Positions 9,279 to 18,776 of a stretch of DNA of 64,000 bases are shown here, in pieces. Under the pieces are notes generated by a model, which worked only from the letters and a program-made list of their open reading frames with translations, ran no database searches and was not told where the DNA came from. This stretch comes from Dehalococcoidia bacterium (lineage in GTDB: Bacteria; Chloroflexota; Dehalococcoidia; Dehalococcoidales; W111), in assembly GCA_011191985.1 (NCBI GenBank), contig DUEU01000002.1:11574-75573 (forward strand). The letters are read 5' to 3'. Both the position numbers and the translations under genes were made by a program. Each line of letters starts with the position of its first letter. Within the stretch, counting starts at the first letter, position 1.

Positions 9279-10688
9279 ATGGCCAAAGACATATATGAAG
9301 ATTTCTTAAGACTAGCCGGCTTTGAAGAAAGCGAAATGTCAGAATACCTACCTCTGTGGCGTAAAGCTTCAGCCAAGGTTGGTCTGACCGAAGGCGATAT
9401 TAAATACGCTACCGAGGAAAGGATTCCTACCTACTTTGACCTAAGGCTGAAAGGTGTCAGGTTGAGCATAGGCAGCTACATCAAGGAATTGATCGACCTG
9501 ACGAGGGGGGATGAATACCGAGAGAAAGGGGCGAAGATAGTATACGGCATCCTGCCGGCCCACCTGCACTATTACTACGCCCTTAAATTAACGGCACCGG
9601 ATAAGGTATTTGTTTCTTTCCCGGATGCCTGTATTGGTGGGGGGCTAAACCTCTTGTTCCACAAACTCAATCCATACCTGGAAAACGCGGAGAGAGGGGG
9701 CGCGTCATACGGGTGCCGCCACTGTGCCCTGAATAAAACAAGGTATGCTGCTCGTAATTTAGGGGTTATTCCCTCACCGGACATAAGCTGGATATGGGGT
9801 CTGATCTGTGACGAAGGCCCCAAGATGGATGAATACATTCAGCTCAAGTGTGACCCTAATTGGAAAACATATGTCACCCGTATACCTCACGACCAGCCTC
9901 TGGGTGCTGTAGAGGATGAGGATGTATCGCGGGTTGAGTATCTGGCCAGCCAGATGAGAGACGGCTTCGAATTCGTCCAGAAAGAGATAGGCATTAAGGT
10001 AACTGACGATAAAGTTCAAGAAGTAGTAAATATCTGGCAGAGGTACGCTGGTAAATTGTTTGAGTTATACGGACTTTTGGCTTGCGACCCGCAACCGGCC
10101 TCCGCCATTGACACAAACCTCTTTGGGACCCTCCTCTTTATGCCCTATAACACCGGCATTGAATCGATGGAAAAAGCGCTGGATATTTTAATTGAGGAAC
10201 TGAAGCAGAGAGTGGCCAATAAGGAAGGTATATTACCCGGGGCGCCAAAATTGATGATGTGGGGGATTCCGGCCAATAACCCTTGGGTAGTTAAAATATT
10301 TGAGGAAAATGGGGTGCGGTTGCCCTTCAGTTTAGGTTTTGTGCTTACCAAGAAGCAGGTGACACCACCCACGTTTAAAGACCCTTATATGGCCGCGGCC
10401 GAAACCTGGTTCAGGATGGGCCCCAACTGCAATATCGGCTATGAGGCTGAGCAGATACGGGAGAAAATTGAAACGTATGGTGCTGATGCCATGGTCTTCG
10501 GCTTCTTCGATTTTGACCGCTGGCTGGGTGGTAGCCACCGGTTGCTGGCCCGGATGGTCGAGGAAAAATGTGGACTGCCCACGTTCTACATCGAGGGAGA
10601 TTCTTGGGAGGACAGGGACTATAGCGAGGAAGCTTTAAGAACCAGAATTGAGAGCATATGCGAGATAATAAAAATGAGAAAGAGTTAA
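9279..10688 (+). CDS. 2-hydroxyacyl-CoA dehydratase family, second (larger) subunit
   Basis: ATG at 9279 follows the RBS AAAAGGAG and sits 1 nt after the upstream stop. About 470 aa with conserved Cys residues (YGCRHCALNK, ICDEG). The track ORF start at 9234 is an in-frame upstream extension. Confidence 0.75.
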   Translation: MAKDIYEDFLRLAGFEESEMSEYLPLWRKASAKVGLTEGDIKYATEERIPTYFDLRLKGVRLSIGSYIKELIDLTRGDEYREKGAKIVYGILPAHLHYYYALKLTAPDKVFVSFPDACIGGGLNLLFHKLNPYLENAERGGASYGCRHCALNKTRYAARNLGVIPSPDISWIWGLICDEGPKMDEYIQLKCDPNWKTYVTRIPHDQPLGAVEDEDVSRVEYLASQMRDGFEFVQKEIGIKVTDDKVQEVVNIWQRYAGKLFELYGLLACDPQPASAIDTNLFGTLLFMPYNTGIESMEKALDILIEELKQRVANKEGILPGAPKLMMWGIPANNPWVVKIFEENGVRLPFSLGFVLTKKQVTPPTFKDPYMAAAETWFRMGPNCNIGYEAEQIREKIETYGADAMVFGFFDFDRWLGGSHRLLARMVEEKCGLPTFYIEGDSWEDRDYSEEALRTRIESICEIIKMRKS

Positions 10689-11479
10689 ACCAACCCGTGT
10701 TTGTCGGTATTGATATCGGTTCGGTTACTACAAAGGCTGTAGTAACTAATGAAAAAGAGGAAATTTTAACATTTTCACTGATACTGACGAGCTATGACCG
10801 GCAGCAAAGTGGGGCCGATGTTCTTGAATTAGCTTTGCGGGAAGCCGGGCGGCCAAGGGATGATGTTGCCTACATTGTGGCAACAGGCTACGGTCGCCGC
10901 TCGATTTCGTTCGCTAACGAAGTGCTACCAGAAATAGTATGCCATGCCAAGGGAACTAGGCTATTGTTTCCTTCAGCCAGAACCATTATCGATATCGGTG
11001 GACAGGATAGCAAAGTAATCCAATTGGATAAGGATGGCGGAGTTACTAAATTCGAAATGAACGACAAGTGCGCGGCCGGAACTGGAAGATTCTTAGAAGT
11101 CTTAGCGGAAAGAATATTGAAAGTCCCTATAACCGAATTTGGCACTCTTTCACTAAAGTCCACGGAGCCCCTCACTCTTAGTAGTATCTGCACCGTATTC
11201 GCTGAGTCGGAGATAATTTCTCTTCTGTCGGAACACAAAACTAAAGAAAACATAGCCTACAGTATGTGTATATCCATTGCCAAGAGGGTGATTGCTATGG
11301 GTATTGGGGGCCAAATTAATTACGAAGAGCCCATAGTTTTTTCCGGAGGAGTGGCTAAGAATAACGGGGTGGTTAAGGCGATTGAAGAGAACCTTAGCAA
11401 GAAAGTAATAATTCCAGAGAAACAACAGATAACGGCGGCCTTGGGGGCAGCTATTTTTGCCAAGGAGCGCCATCAGTAA
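10658..11479 (+). CDS. Activator ATPase of 2-hydroxyacyl-CoA dehydratase (BcrAD/BadFG/HgdC family)
   Basis: ASKHA motifs GIDIGSVTTKAVV and DIGGQDSKVI. Cluster-bridging Cys motifs NDKCAAGTGRFLE and SICTVFAESE. The start is uncertain because it overlaps the upstream gene by 31 nt. Confidence 0.85.
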   Translation: MRDNKNEKELNQPVFVGIDIGSVTTKAVVTNEKEEILTFSLILTSYDRQQSGADVLELALREAGRPRDDVAYIVATGYGRRSISFANEVLPEIVCHAKGTRLLFPSARTIIDIGGQDSKVIQLDKDGGVTKFEMNDKCAAGTGRFLEVLAERILKVPITEFGTLSLKSTEPLTLSSICTVFAESEIISLLSEHKTKENIAYSMCISIAKRVIAMGIGGQINYEEPIVFSGGVAKNNGVVKAIEENLSKKVIIPEKQQITAALGAAIFAKERHQ

Positions 11480-11643
11480 AACTAAAAGTTGACCAAATAA
11501 ATACGGGCGGTCACTGTTTTTCTTGTTATTTCTCGCTTCTGGTTGCTGATAAAGAAGTTGGTCACCCTATAATAGGCTTCATAACGACTGTCGCTTTACC
11601 TGCTAGATGCTCAACTCCCTCTCCAGAATAAGGCTCCCAACGC

Positions 11644-11672
11644 TTGACAAAAGCAGTGAATAGGATTATCAT
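11644..11672 (+). promoter_or_regulatory. Candidate sigma70-type promoter for the ABC transporter genes
   Basis: TTGACA (11644-11649), 17-nt spacer, TATCAT (11667-11672), about 57 nt upstream of the SBP start. Confidence 0.45.
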
Positions 11673-11728
11673 CTGATATAAGATTTTTCAGGTAGCCTAT
11701 AGACGAGACAAATATTGAGGAGGAAAAA

Positions 11729-12925
11729 ATGAAAAAGGTCTCATTATTAGTTGTTGTTTCCTTCTTATTACTGGCAGTGGTATTGCTGCCACTGATGAGT
11801 GCCTGTACCCAAGAGCCAGCTGAATCAAAGACTTTAAAGATAGGTGCAATTACTTCGGTAACCGGTCCATTGGCGCCGGGGTTGAAGGCGGTGTTCGATG
11901 CCGCAAAACCTGCGGCAGATGTCTTTAACCAGAGGGGTGGAGTTACCGTCAATGGTCAGCAATACCTCATTGAAATTGTCGTGGAGGACGATAAGTCATC
12001 ACCACCAGACGCAGTAGCTGCCGCCCAAAAACTGATACAGGCCGGGATTAAATTCATAGTTATGCCGGTCATCCCGCCAAATGTCCATGCTTTGGCACCA
12101 GTCTGTGAGGAGGCAAAAGCCATACGTGTGAGCGCCATGCAGTGTGACCCAGGAATGTTTGGCCCGGAAAATCGCTACCATTTTGACGCTGTTATGACCG
12201 TCTATCATATTTCTACCTATTATGATTATTTACTAAAGAATTACCCACAGGTAAAGAAAGTTGCCATACTCATGCCTGATGACCCAGGCATGGATGTTCC
12301 CGGCGTCGTTACTCCCCAAGAGGCTCAAAAACGCGGATTAGAAGTAGTGTTTCAGGAGCGGTACCCGAATGACACACAAGATTTTTATCCAATAGTTACC
12401 AAGGCGTTGGCACAGAAGCCTGATGTCATTGACGGTATTGGTGGTCTAGCAGTATGGGCAGCACCTATAATAAACTCGGCGCGTGAGTTAGGCTTTACCG
12501 GTCCTATAATGGCACCATGTGGTCTCGGTGACACTAATTTAATAAATAGTATGTTAAAGCCAGAATACGCCTATGAATTCTATAATGGACTTCCTGACGT
12601 ATTAAGTGACAAGATGACACCTATAGTAAAAGAGCTTCGCCCGTTGGTAGAGCAGACCGAAACCCCATTTTTCTTCGACAGCACATTGGTCCTTACTGCC
12701 TCGTGGATTATGCTGCAAGGTATTGAGAAAGCACAGAGCTTTGATACTGACCAGGTAGTGGCTGCATTGGAGAGTATGGAAAGCGTCGATACACCATGGG
12801 GCAAGGGAACTTGGGGAGGCGAAGATCTTGGTGGTCTCAATCATATGCTGAAGCCGGATAATATCTCAATTTCCAAAATTATGAATGGCAAGGTTGAGTT
12901 TGAATTTGTAAAACGAGTAGATTAG
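11729..12925 (+). CDS. ABC transporter substrate-binding protein, Leu/Ile/Val-binding (LivJ/K-like) family
   Basis: Signal peptide ending MSAC. LKIGAITSVTGPLAPG is typical of Peripla_BP_6. Followed by LivHMGF-type genes. Confidence 0.9.
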   Translation: MKKVSLLVVVSFLLLAVVLLPLMSACTQEPAESKTLKIGAITSVTGPLAPGLKAVFDAAKPAADVFNQRGGVTVNGQQYLIEIVVEDDKSSPPDAVAAAQKLIQAGIKFIVMPVIPPNVHALAPVCEEAKAIRVSAMQCDPGMFGPENRYHFDAVMTVYHISTYYDYLLKNYPQVKKVAILMPDDPGMDVPGVVTPQEAQKRGLEVVFQERYPNDTQDFYPIVTKALAQKPDVIDGIGGLAVWAAPIINSARELGFTGPIMAPCGLGDTNLINSMLKPEYAYEFYNGLPDVLSDKMTPIVKELRPLVEQTETPFFFDSTLVLTASWIMLQGIEKAQSFDTDQVVAALESMESVDTPWGKGTWGGEDLGGLNHMLKPDNISISKIMNGKVEFEFVKRVD

Positions 12926-13025
12926 CCGGGCATTTCTATAACGGCGAATAGGTTATTACCAGAGAAGACCTGTTAATATTGGTCTGGTGACGTGTATAAT
13001 TAGTCACAGAAGGAAGCAAAAAGGG

Positions 13026-13070
13026 AGCCGGTTATTATCGTATGTTCGCATACTAACCGGCTTTATAATT
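13026..13070 (+). terminator. Hairpin plus T-rich tail between the SBP and permease genes (partial terminator/attenuator)
   Basis: agccggtta (13026-13034) pairs with taaccggct (13054-13062). An inner stem pairs gtatg with catac around a ttcg loop. The structure is followed by ttataatt. Confidence 0.5.
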
Positions 13071-13231
13071 GGTGGGCATTTATCGGGTTTAATGAATTAT
13101 ATGTGGATTATTAAAATATCATAGACAAGAGTATGCCTAGGCGGCACCTAGGTTTGATGAGAGCAGGCGGACTGTGCTTCTTAACTAGGAAAATGGCGGT
13201 AGGTCCTCAATTGTATTGATAGAGAAGTAAG

Positions 13232-14092
13232 TTGGATATAAGTACTCTGTTACAAAGCATACTAAACGGATTCTCATCAGCCGGGATTTATATTCTGGTA
13301 GCCTTAGGCCTGACATTGGTTCTGAGCATAATGAATATTGTGCAACTGGCTCACGGTGAAATCTATATGATTGGTGCCTATGGTGTCTATTATATCACTA
13401 CTAGCCTTGGTCTCAATTTCTTCCTGGCTCTGGTCATATCCACGCTGCTTATGGGTGGCCTTGGCATAGTTCTGGAGCGCCTCTGTTTTCGCCCATTACG
13501 CGGACAATTTGATCGTGCCGCGATAGCTTCTATTGGGCTAATATTAATACTACAGAATGTTGTCTTGTCTATCGCCGGTGGTGATCCCCGGTCATATATG
13601 AGTCCTTTTACAGGTGTACTAAAGATTCTAGGCGTTGCAATTTCCTGGGATAGGCTGAGTATTGTACTTTTTGGTTTCGGTCTGGTAGCAGCCCTATTTC
13701 TCTTTATTAGAATGACCAAAACCGGCCAGGCAATGCTCGCTATTTCTCAAGATAGGGATGGCGCTGCTCTGCAGGGGATAAATATCGACCGTATTTCGAT
13801 GGCGGCTATGTTTCTGGGTTGCGCTCTAGCCGCAATAGCTGGAGCTTTGGTCGGTGCTATATTCAGCGTTAGTCCGACCATGGGCGGCTTTGCCTTAATG
13901 AAAGGGATTGCCGTGATAATATTGGGTGGTTTGGGCAGCATTCCCGGTGCCGTTGTTGGCGGCCTGATTATCGGGCTTATTGATGGTATTATGCCAATCC
14001 TGACTACAACGCATATCGCCGGCTTGATTGGATTTGGCGCAATTATTATCATTCTGCTATTTCGCCCGCAGGGAATCTCGGGACATGAATAA
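13232..14092 (+). CDS. livH: Branched-chain amino acid ABC permease (LivH-type)
   Basis: 286 aa, multi-TM, BPD_transp_2-like, operon position. Confidence 0.85.
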   Translation: MDISTLLQSILNGFSSAGIYILVALGLTLVLSIMNIVQLAHGEIYMIGAYGVYYITTSLGLNFFLALVISTLLMGGLGIVLERLCFRPLRGQFDRAAIASIGLILILQNVVLSIAGGDPRSYMSPFTGVLKILGVAISWDRLSIVLFGFGLVAALFLFIRMTKTGQAMLAISQDRDGAALQGINIDRISMAAMFLGCALAAIAGALVGAIFSVSPTMGGFALMKGIAVIILGGLGSIPGAVVGGLIIGLIDGIMPILTTTHIAGLIGFGAIIIILLFRPQGISGHE

Positions 14093-15074
14093 GAGGATTC
14101 TAATCTGGATATTGAGCTACGGTATCCTGACAGTATTTCCGTTTCTTATCCCGCTTTTCATTACCGGGCCGTATGTCACTCACATTCTCATCTTGACGGT
14201 GATGAATATTATCTTAGCCAGCAGCCTGCGTCTAATAAATTTATCAGGACAACTGTCTCTGGCTCATGGCGGTATGATGACTATCGGCGCCTATACATCA
14301 ACCTTATTGGTTGTGAAGTTGGGCCTCTCATCTTGGGTGGCCCTGTTGCTGGCTGGACTTCTTGCCGCTGTTATTGCTGGCCTCGTTGGTTTCCCATTTG
14401 TTAGATTAAAAGGCATCTACTTTGCCATAGTTACTATCTTCTTAACTGCAATGGTAACGCTTATGGCACAGCAGTGGCGAAGTCTAACTAGCGGGAGCTA
14501 TGGGATTTATAATATCCCACGACCAGACCCAATTGTTATTCCCGGAATATTGAATATTACCTTTACCTCCAGCGTAAATTGCTATTACCTGGTACTGGTT
14601 ATCATGCTGGTTTCTCTCATTATGCTTTACGCCATTGAGCATTCCCGTATCGGTCTCACCTTCCGTGGCATTCAGCAGTCAGATTCCCTAGCGGAAAGTG
14701 TTGGTGTGAATACAGCTGGCTTAAAAGTACTCGCTTTTAGCATCGGTTGTTTCTTTGCCGGTATTACCGGCGGCTTCTACAGCCAGTATATTATGGCAAT
14801 TGCCCCCGATACATTTGGTTTTCTCTTTACAGTCTATATCCTGATATATATGACAGTGGGTGGATCGGGAAAGTTTATCGGGCCAATCCTCGGGGCATTC
14901 ATTTTAACCATACTACCCGAGGTTATGCGACCCCTGAAGCAGTTTCAGCCGTTTTTCTTTGCCGGGGTGTTGATGCTGGTAATCTTTCTTATGCCCGAAG
15001 GCATAGTCGGACTGCCAGGACGGTTGAAAACGATAGCGGGCAGGCTTTTTAAGGAGCAGCAAGAGCGTGCTTAA
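14085..15074 (+). CDS. livM: Branched-chain amino acid ABC permease (LivM-type)
   Basis: ATG at 14085 (MNKRILIW) overlaps the livH stop by 8 nt. Multi-TM. The track start at 14028 is an upstream extension. Confidence 0.85.
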   Translation: MNKRILIWILSYGILTVFPFLIPLFITGPYVTHILILTVMNIILASSLRLINLSGQLSLAHGGMMTIGAYTSTLLVVKLGLSSWVALLLAGLLAAVIAGLVGFPFVRLKGIYFAIVTIFLTAMVTLMAQQWRSLTSGSYGIYNIPRPDPIVIPGILNITFTSSVNCYYLVLVIMLVSLIMLYAIEHSRIGLTFRGIQQSDSLAESVGVNTAGLKVLAFSIGCFFAGITGGFYSQYIMAIAPDTFGFLFTVYILIYMTVGGSGKFIGPILGAFILTILPEVMRPLKQFQPFFFAGVLMLVIFLMPEGIVGLPGRLKTIAGRLFKEQQERA

Positions 15075-15831
15075 AATAGAGGGGCTAACAAAGCACTTTG
15101 GCGGCCTGGCAGCGGTCAGCGACCTGGATGTAAGCATCGGACCGGGTGAAACCGTCGGTCTGATTGGACCCAATGGCGCCGGGAAAACAACAGTTTTTAA
15201 CTTGGTAACCGGTTTTCTCCGCCCAACAAAGGGGCGGGTTGTATTTGAAGGTAAGGATATCACCACTAAAAAACCGCATTACTTAGCCGGAAAGGGTATC
15301 GTCCGAACTTTCCAGGCAACCAACATCTTCCCCGACTTTACCGTCCTCAAAAACATTGTATTTGCCCACTATCTAAGGCCTAGGATTAGTTTTTGGGAAA
15401 CAGTGTGTCACACCCAGAGCAGCAGGCGAAAAGAGGCCGAAATCCTGCAGCGTTCTCATAAAATCCTGGAACTGGTCGGTTTGGAACCTGTGGCAGGTAC
15501 CACTGCGGGAACCCTGGCTCACGGATATAAAAGACTGCTCGGCATTGCCATAGCCCTGGCCGCAGAGCCAAAACTACTTTTGCTTGATGAGCCATTTTCG
15601 GGAATGAACGCGGAGGAAGTCGGGACAACAATGCAGCTCATCGATAGATTGGAGCAAAGAGGCCTGACCATCCTACTAATTGAACACAATATGAGAGCCG
15701 CCATGAATCTGTGTCAGAGAATCGTCGTGCTGAATTTCGGCAAGAAGATTGCAGAAGGCTCGCCAGAGGATATTAGAGAGAACAAGGAGGTTATTCAAGC
15801 TTACCTTGGAGCCGGCGAAGTCATTGCTTAA
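15067..15831 (+). CDS. livG: ABC transporter ATP-binding protein (LivG-type)
   Basis: Walker A GPNGAGKTT. Signature-like region YKRLLGIAIALA. Walker B LLLLDEP. Confidence 0.9.
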   Translation: MLKIEGLTKHFGGLAAVSDLDVSIGPGETVGLIGPNGAGKTTVFNLVTGFLRPTKGRVVFEGKDITTKKPHYLAGKGIVRTFQATNIFPDFTVLKNIVFAHYLRPRISFWETVCHTQSSRRKEAEILQRSHKILELVGLEPVAGTTAGTLAHGYKRLLGIAIALAAEPKLLLLDEPFSGMNAEEVGTTMQLIDRLEQRGLTILLIEHNMRAAMNLCQRIVVLNFGKKIAEGSPEDIRENKEVIQAYLGAGEVIA

Positions 15832-16525
15832 ACTGAAAGATGTAACGGTACGCTACGAGACGGCCGAAGCGGTAAGGGGTGTCTCCATAGAGGTACCCGA
15901 AGGGTCTGTCATCAGCGTCATTGGCGCTAATGGGGCCGGCAAGAGCACCATTCTCAAAGCCATATCCGGGCTGGTGCCCTTGTATTCGGGTGAAATTGAG
16001 TTCTCCGGCCAGAAGATAAATCGAATGGCCGTTAACCAAATCGTTGACCTTGGCGTCGTCCAAGTCCCGGAAGGTAGAAGGCTGTTCCCTTACATGAGTG
16101 TAATGGCCAATATCAAGCTGGGTGCTTATTTACGAAGGGATAAGAGAGGCATGATGGCCGATATGGAAGAGGTCTTCCGGCTTTTCCCTCGCCTCAAGGA
16201 GAGAAGCAACCAGAAAGCCGGTAGTCTGAGTGGTGGTGAGCAACAGATGCTGGCCATCGGTCGCGGCTTAATGGCCAGGCCCAAATTGCTTATGATGGAT
16301 GAGCCTTCCCTGGGGCTGGCACCGGTAGTAATCGATCTCCTCGCTGATACCATCAGGACCATTAACCAGAGCGGGATTACTGTTCTGCTGGTAGAGCAAA
16401 ATGCCAGTTTGGTGACCAGGGTCTCTCAGAAGTGCTACGTAATAGAGGTAGGCAGGGTTGTTCTGGAGGGTAATGTCCAGGAGCTTATGGCTGATGATTC
16501 AGTGCGAAGAGCATTTTTAGGATGA
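15824..16525 (+). CDS. livF: ABC transporter ATP-binding protein (LivF-type)
   Basis: Probable TTG start at 15824 (LLKLKDV) overlaps the livG stop by 8 nt. Walker A GANGAGKST, signature LSGGEQQMLAIGRGL, Walker B LLMMDEPS. Confidence 0.9.
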   Translation: MLKLKDVTVRYETAEAVRGVSIEVPEGSVISVIGANGAGKSTILKAISGLVPLYSGEIEFSGQKINRMAVNQIVDLGVVQVPEGRRLFPYMSVMANIKLGAYLRRDKRGMMADMEEVFRLFPRLKERSNQKAGSLSGGEQQMLAIGRGLMARPKLLMMDEPSLGLAPVVIDLLADTIRTINQSGITVLLVEQNASLVTRVSQKCYVIEVGRVVLEGNVQELMADDSVRRAFLG

Positions 16526-16576
16526 GTGCCCCGCCCCGATAATTCGCTTCCACTTGTCAAGTTAGTATTTTCACGG

Positions 16577-17104
16577 CTAGTACTTTTGCCATCCCTTGCC
16601 TTGGCGCAGACCACGTACGTAAGCTGCCTGGCCAGCATGTACGACGGCGTCGTTCATGATACTGATTAGCCGTACCCCTACTGTAGGGAGAGGCTGGAAC
16701 CATGGCTCATTGAGCTCTCGGTCTAGATCGGTTTTTGATAAAGTGAGTATATATCGCTGGGTACGTTCTAGAACAGCACGGTGATAATCGAGTAAAGTAT
16801 CAGTATCTGGAGACTGGAATGCTGATACCTGTTCCGGAGTATGGCCAAATCCAACATCTCCAGGGTCAGCCGGCCGATTGAACTTGGCATACCATTTACC
16901 GCTGATCCATAATTGCTCCTCTCCGGCCAAAGACGCTATTTGGGCATCCTGCTGGCGGGTCAGATGCCAGGCCAGCCAAACTATGCTGTTACAGCCAGGG
17001 CGGGGTTGCCAGTGGAGGTCCTCTGGAGTGAGCCCGTCAAGCACACGTTCTAGAAATTCCAGTACGCGTCCATAACCGTCCGATAATAAATCATACCATT
17101 CCAT
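16577..17104 (-). CDS. DinB-family (DinB_2/YfiT-like) four-helix-bundle metalloprotein
   Basis: 175 aa. Motifs: IVWLAWHLTRQQD and DAVVHAGQAAY, giving the typical His pattern. Confidence 0.8.
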   Translation of the reverse strand: MEWYDLLSDGYGRVLEFLERVLDGLTPEDLHWQPRPGCNSIVWLAWHLTRQQDAQIASLAGEEQLWISGKWYAKFNRPADPGDVGFGHTPEQVSAFQSPDTDTLLDYHRAVLERTQRYILTLSKTDLDRELNEPWFQPLPTVGVRLISIMNDAVVHAGQAAYVRGLRQGKGWQKY

Positions 17105-17142
17105 TTTTGGCCTTCCTTAAAGATATATTCCGTGCTTTCAAT

Positions 17143-17164
17143 CTGTAATCTAGCTGTAATCTAG
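17143..17164. repeat. Perfect tandem direct repeat 2 x ctgtaatctag in the divergent promoter region
   Basis: 17143-17153 and 17154-17164 are identical. The repeat lies between the DinB start (17104, minus) and the MBL hydrolase start (17323, plus). Confidence 0.6.
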
Positions 17165-17245
17165 TCTTTATTGCTCCGGTTGTCAATCCAGCTACCGAGT
17201 GAGTTGAGAGGCATGACCTGCCCTGTTGTTGGGCCCAGCATAATG

Positions 17246-17273
17246 TTGTTTTTATCAATCAAGGGTGTACAAT
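17246..17273 (+). promoter_or_regulatory. Candidate promoter for the MBL hydrolase gene
   Basis: TTGTTT, 16-nt spacer, TACAAT (17268-17273). Confidence 0.3.
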
Positions 17274-17322
17274 GGAGGCTAGGGAAGGCAAAACTGTCCG
17301 GCTGATAGAAGGGAGATAAAGA

Positions 17323-17964
17323 ATGGTAGTTATGGTAAAAGATGGCAGTATTCAGATTGAGAAGCTTGAGCTGGGGCCGTTCGGTACCAATGCCTATATA
17401 GTAATTTGCCAGAAAACAAGGGATAGCGTACTAATCGATACCCCGGACGATGCCGGGGTAATTATGGATAGACTTAAGGAGACCAGTCCCAAATTCATAC
17501 TGCTGACCCACAACCACATGGACCACCTTGGTGCCTTTTCTGAGCTGCGGTCGGCTTTAAAGGTCCCGGTAGCGGCTCACCCCCTGGATGCTGCCCGGCT
17601 TCCCTCATGCCCCGAAGTGTTGTTGAATGACGGCGATGCCGTCCCCTTCGGTAATATTGAACTAAAGGTGCTGCACACCCCCGGGCACACTCCGGGTAGC
17701 CTGTGCTTCCTGACTGATAAATACTTGTTTTCCGGGGATACTGTTTTCCCGGGAGGGCCGGGAGCAACCAGGTCACCACATAGCCTGGATCAAATCATCA
17801 AGTCAATAACCGAGAAGATCTTTATATTGCCTGACGACACGCAGGTGTATCCTGGCCATGGTGATTCTACAATACTGAAGAAGGAGAAGGCAGAGTTTGC
17901 CATCTTTTCCTCGCGGCCGCACCCTCCCGGTCTTTGCGGGGATGTGCTCTGGCTTTCCTCGTAA
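17323..17964 (+). CDS. MBL-fold metallo-hydrolase (glyoxalase II / hydroxyacyl-thiol hydrolase-like)
   Basis: Metal motif LTHNHMDH, HTPGHTPGS, and a C-terminal GHG. Confidence 0.85.
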   Translation: MVVMVKDGSIQIEKLELGPFGTNAYIVICQKTRDSVLIDTPDDAGVIMDRLKETSPKFILLTHNHMDHLGAFSELRSALKVPVAAHPLDAARLPSCPEVLLNDGDAVPFGNIELKVLHTPGHTPGSLCFLTDKYLFSGDTVFPGGPGATRSPHSLDQIIKSITEKIFILPDDTQVYPGHGDSTILKKEKAEFAIFSSRPHPPGLCGDVLWLSS

Positions 17965-17976
17965 CGATGGCGCGGG

Positions 17977-18678
17977 TTACCGCCAGATTTGCTCCCGGTG
18001 AAAACCCTCAGCCAGAGCGAAATCCTCACCCTCGGCCATTTCCCAGGCCATCTCTCTCAGCCACTCTTCAAGGTTAGCGGCTAGCTCATTGCCGACCTGG
18101 CTCTGGTGACAGCGTAGGGCGGCTAACTTGGTCTCGAAGGTGTCGGTAATATCCACCCGATAATTCACCTCGGGAGACGCCCACAACAACACCTCTTTGA
18201 CCTTGTGCGGCTGCAGGCCTTCTTGAAGCAATTCGGGGTAGCTATGTACATCTCTGGCGTATGGGAAGACAGCGTCCAGCGTGACCTGGGCAGTGATACG
18301 ATGATCACGGTGCCAGATATAGCGTCGGTAGGGGTCAGCCGTTATCACTGTCTGGGGGCGGTAAATCCTTATCAGGCGCACTAGCTCTTTCCTGAATTCG
18401 GGTCTATCCTCCAGACTCTGGTCAGGGTGCCGTAGAAATATGACCTCTCTTACCCCTAGTAGTTTGGCTGCTTTCAACTGCTCTTCTTCGCGTATCTTGG
18501 CCAGCTCCTCTGGTTTCAGGTTAGGGTCGCTGGTACCCTTATCACCATTGGTGCAGACCACATATATAACAGACTTCCCTTCACGCACCCAGCGAGCAAC
18601 ACTGCCGGCGACACCAAATTCAGCATCGTCTGGATGGGGGGTAACTACCATCACCTGAGCAGGCTTTACGGCACTCAT
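17977..18678 (-). CDS. PIG-L/LmbE-family N-acetylglucosaminyl deacetylase (MshB/BshB-like)
   Basis: ATG at 18678 after the RBS GAGGGAG. Motifs: VVTPHPDDAEFG and HRDH. The track start at 18771 is an upstream extension. Confidence 0.85.
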   Translation of the reverse strand: MSAVKPAQVMVVTPHPDDAEFGVAGSVARWVREGKSVIYVVCTNGDKGTSDPNLKPEELAKIREEEQLKAAKLLGVREVIFLRHPDQSLEDRPEFRKELVRLIRIYRPQTVITADPYRRYIWHRDHRITAQVTLDAVFPYARDVHSYPELLQEGLQPHKVKEVLLWASPEVNYRVDITDTFETKLAALRCHQSQVGNELAANLEEWLREMAWEMAEGEDFALAEGFHREQIWR

Positions 18679-18776
18679 AGGCTCCCTCAATAAGATTACA
18701 TAAACTACCGTCCTGAATTGTATAACATCTGCTAGCTTGGTACAATGTTGTGTGCCTGAAGGTACTGGCACACGCG

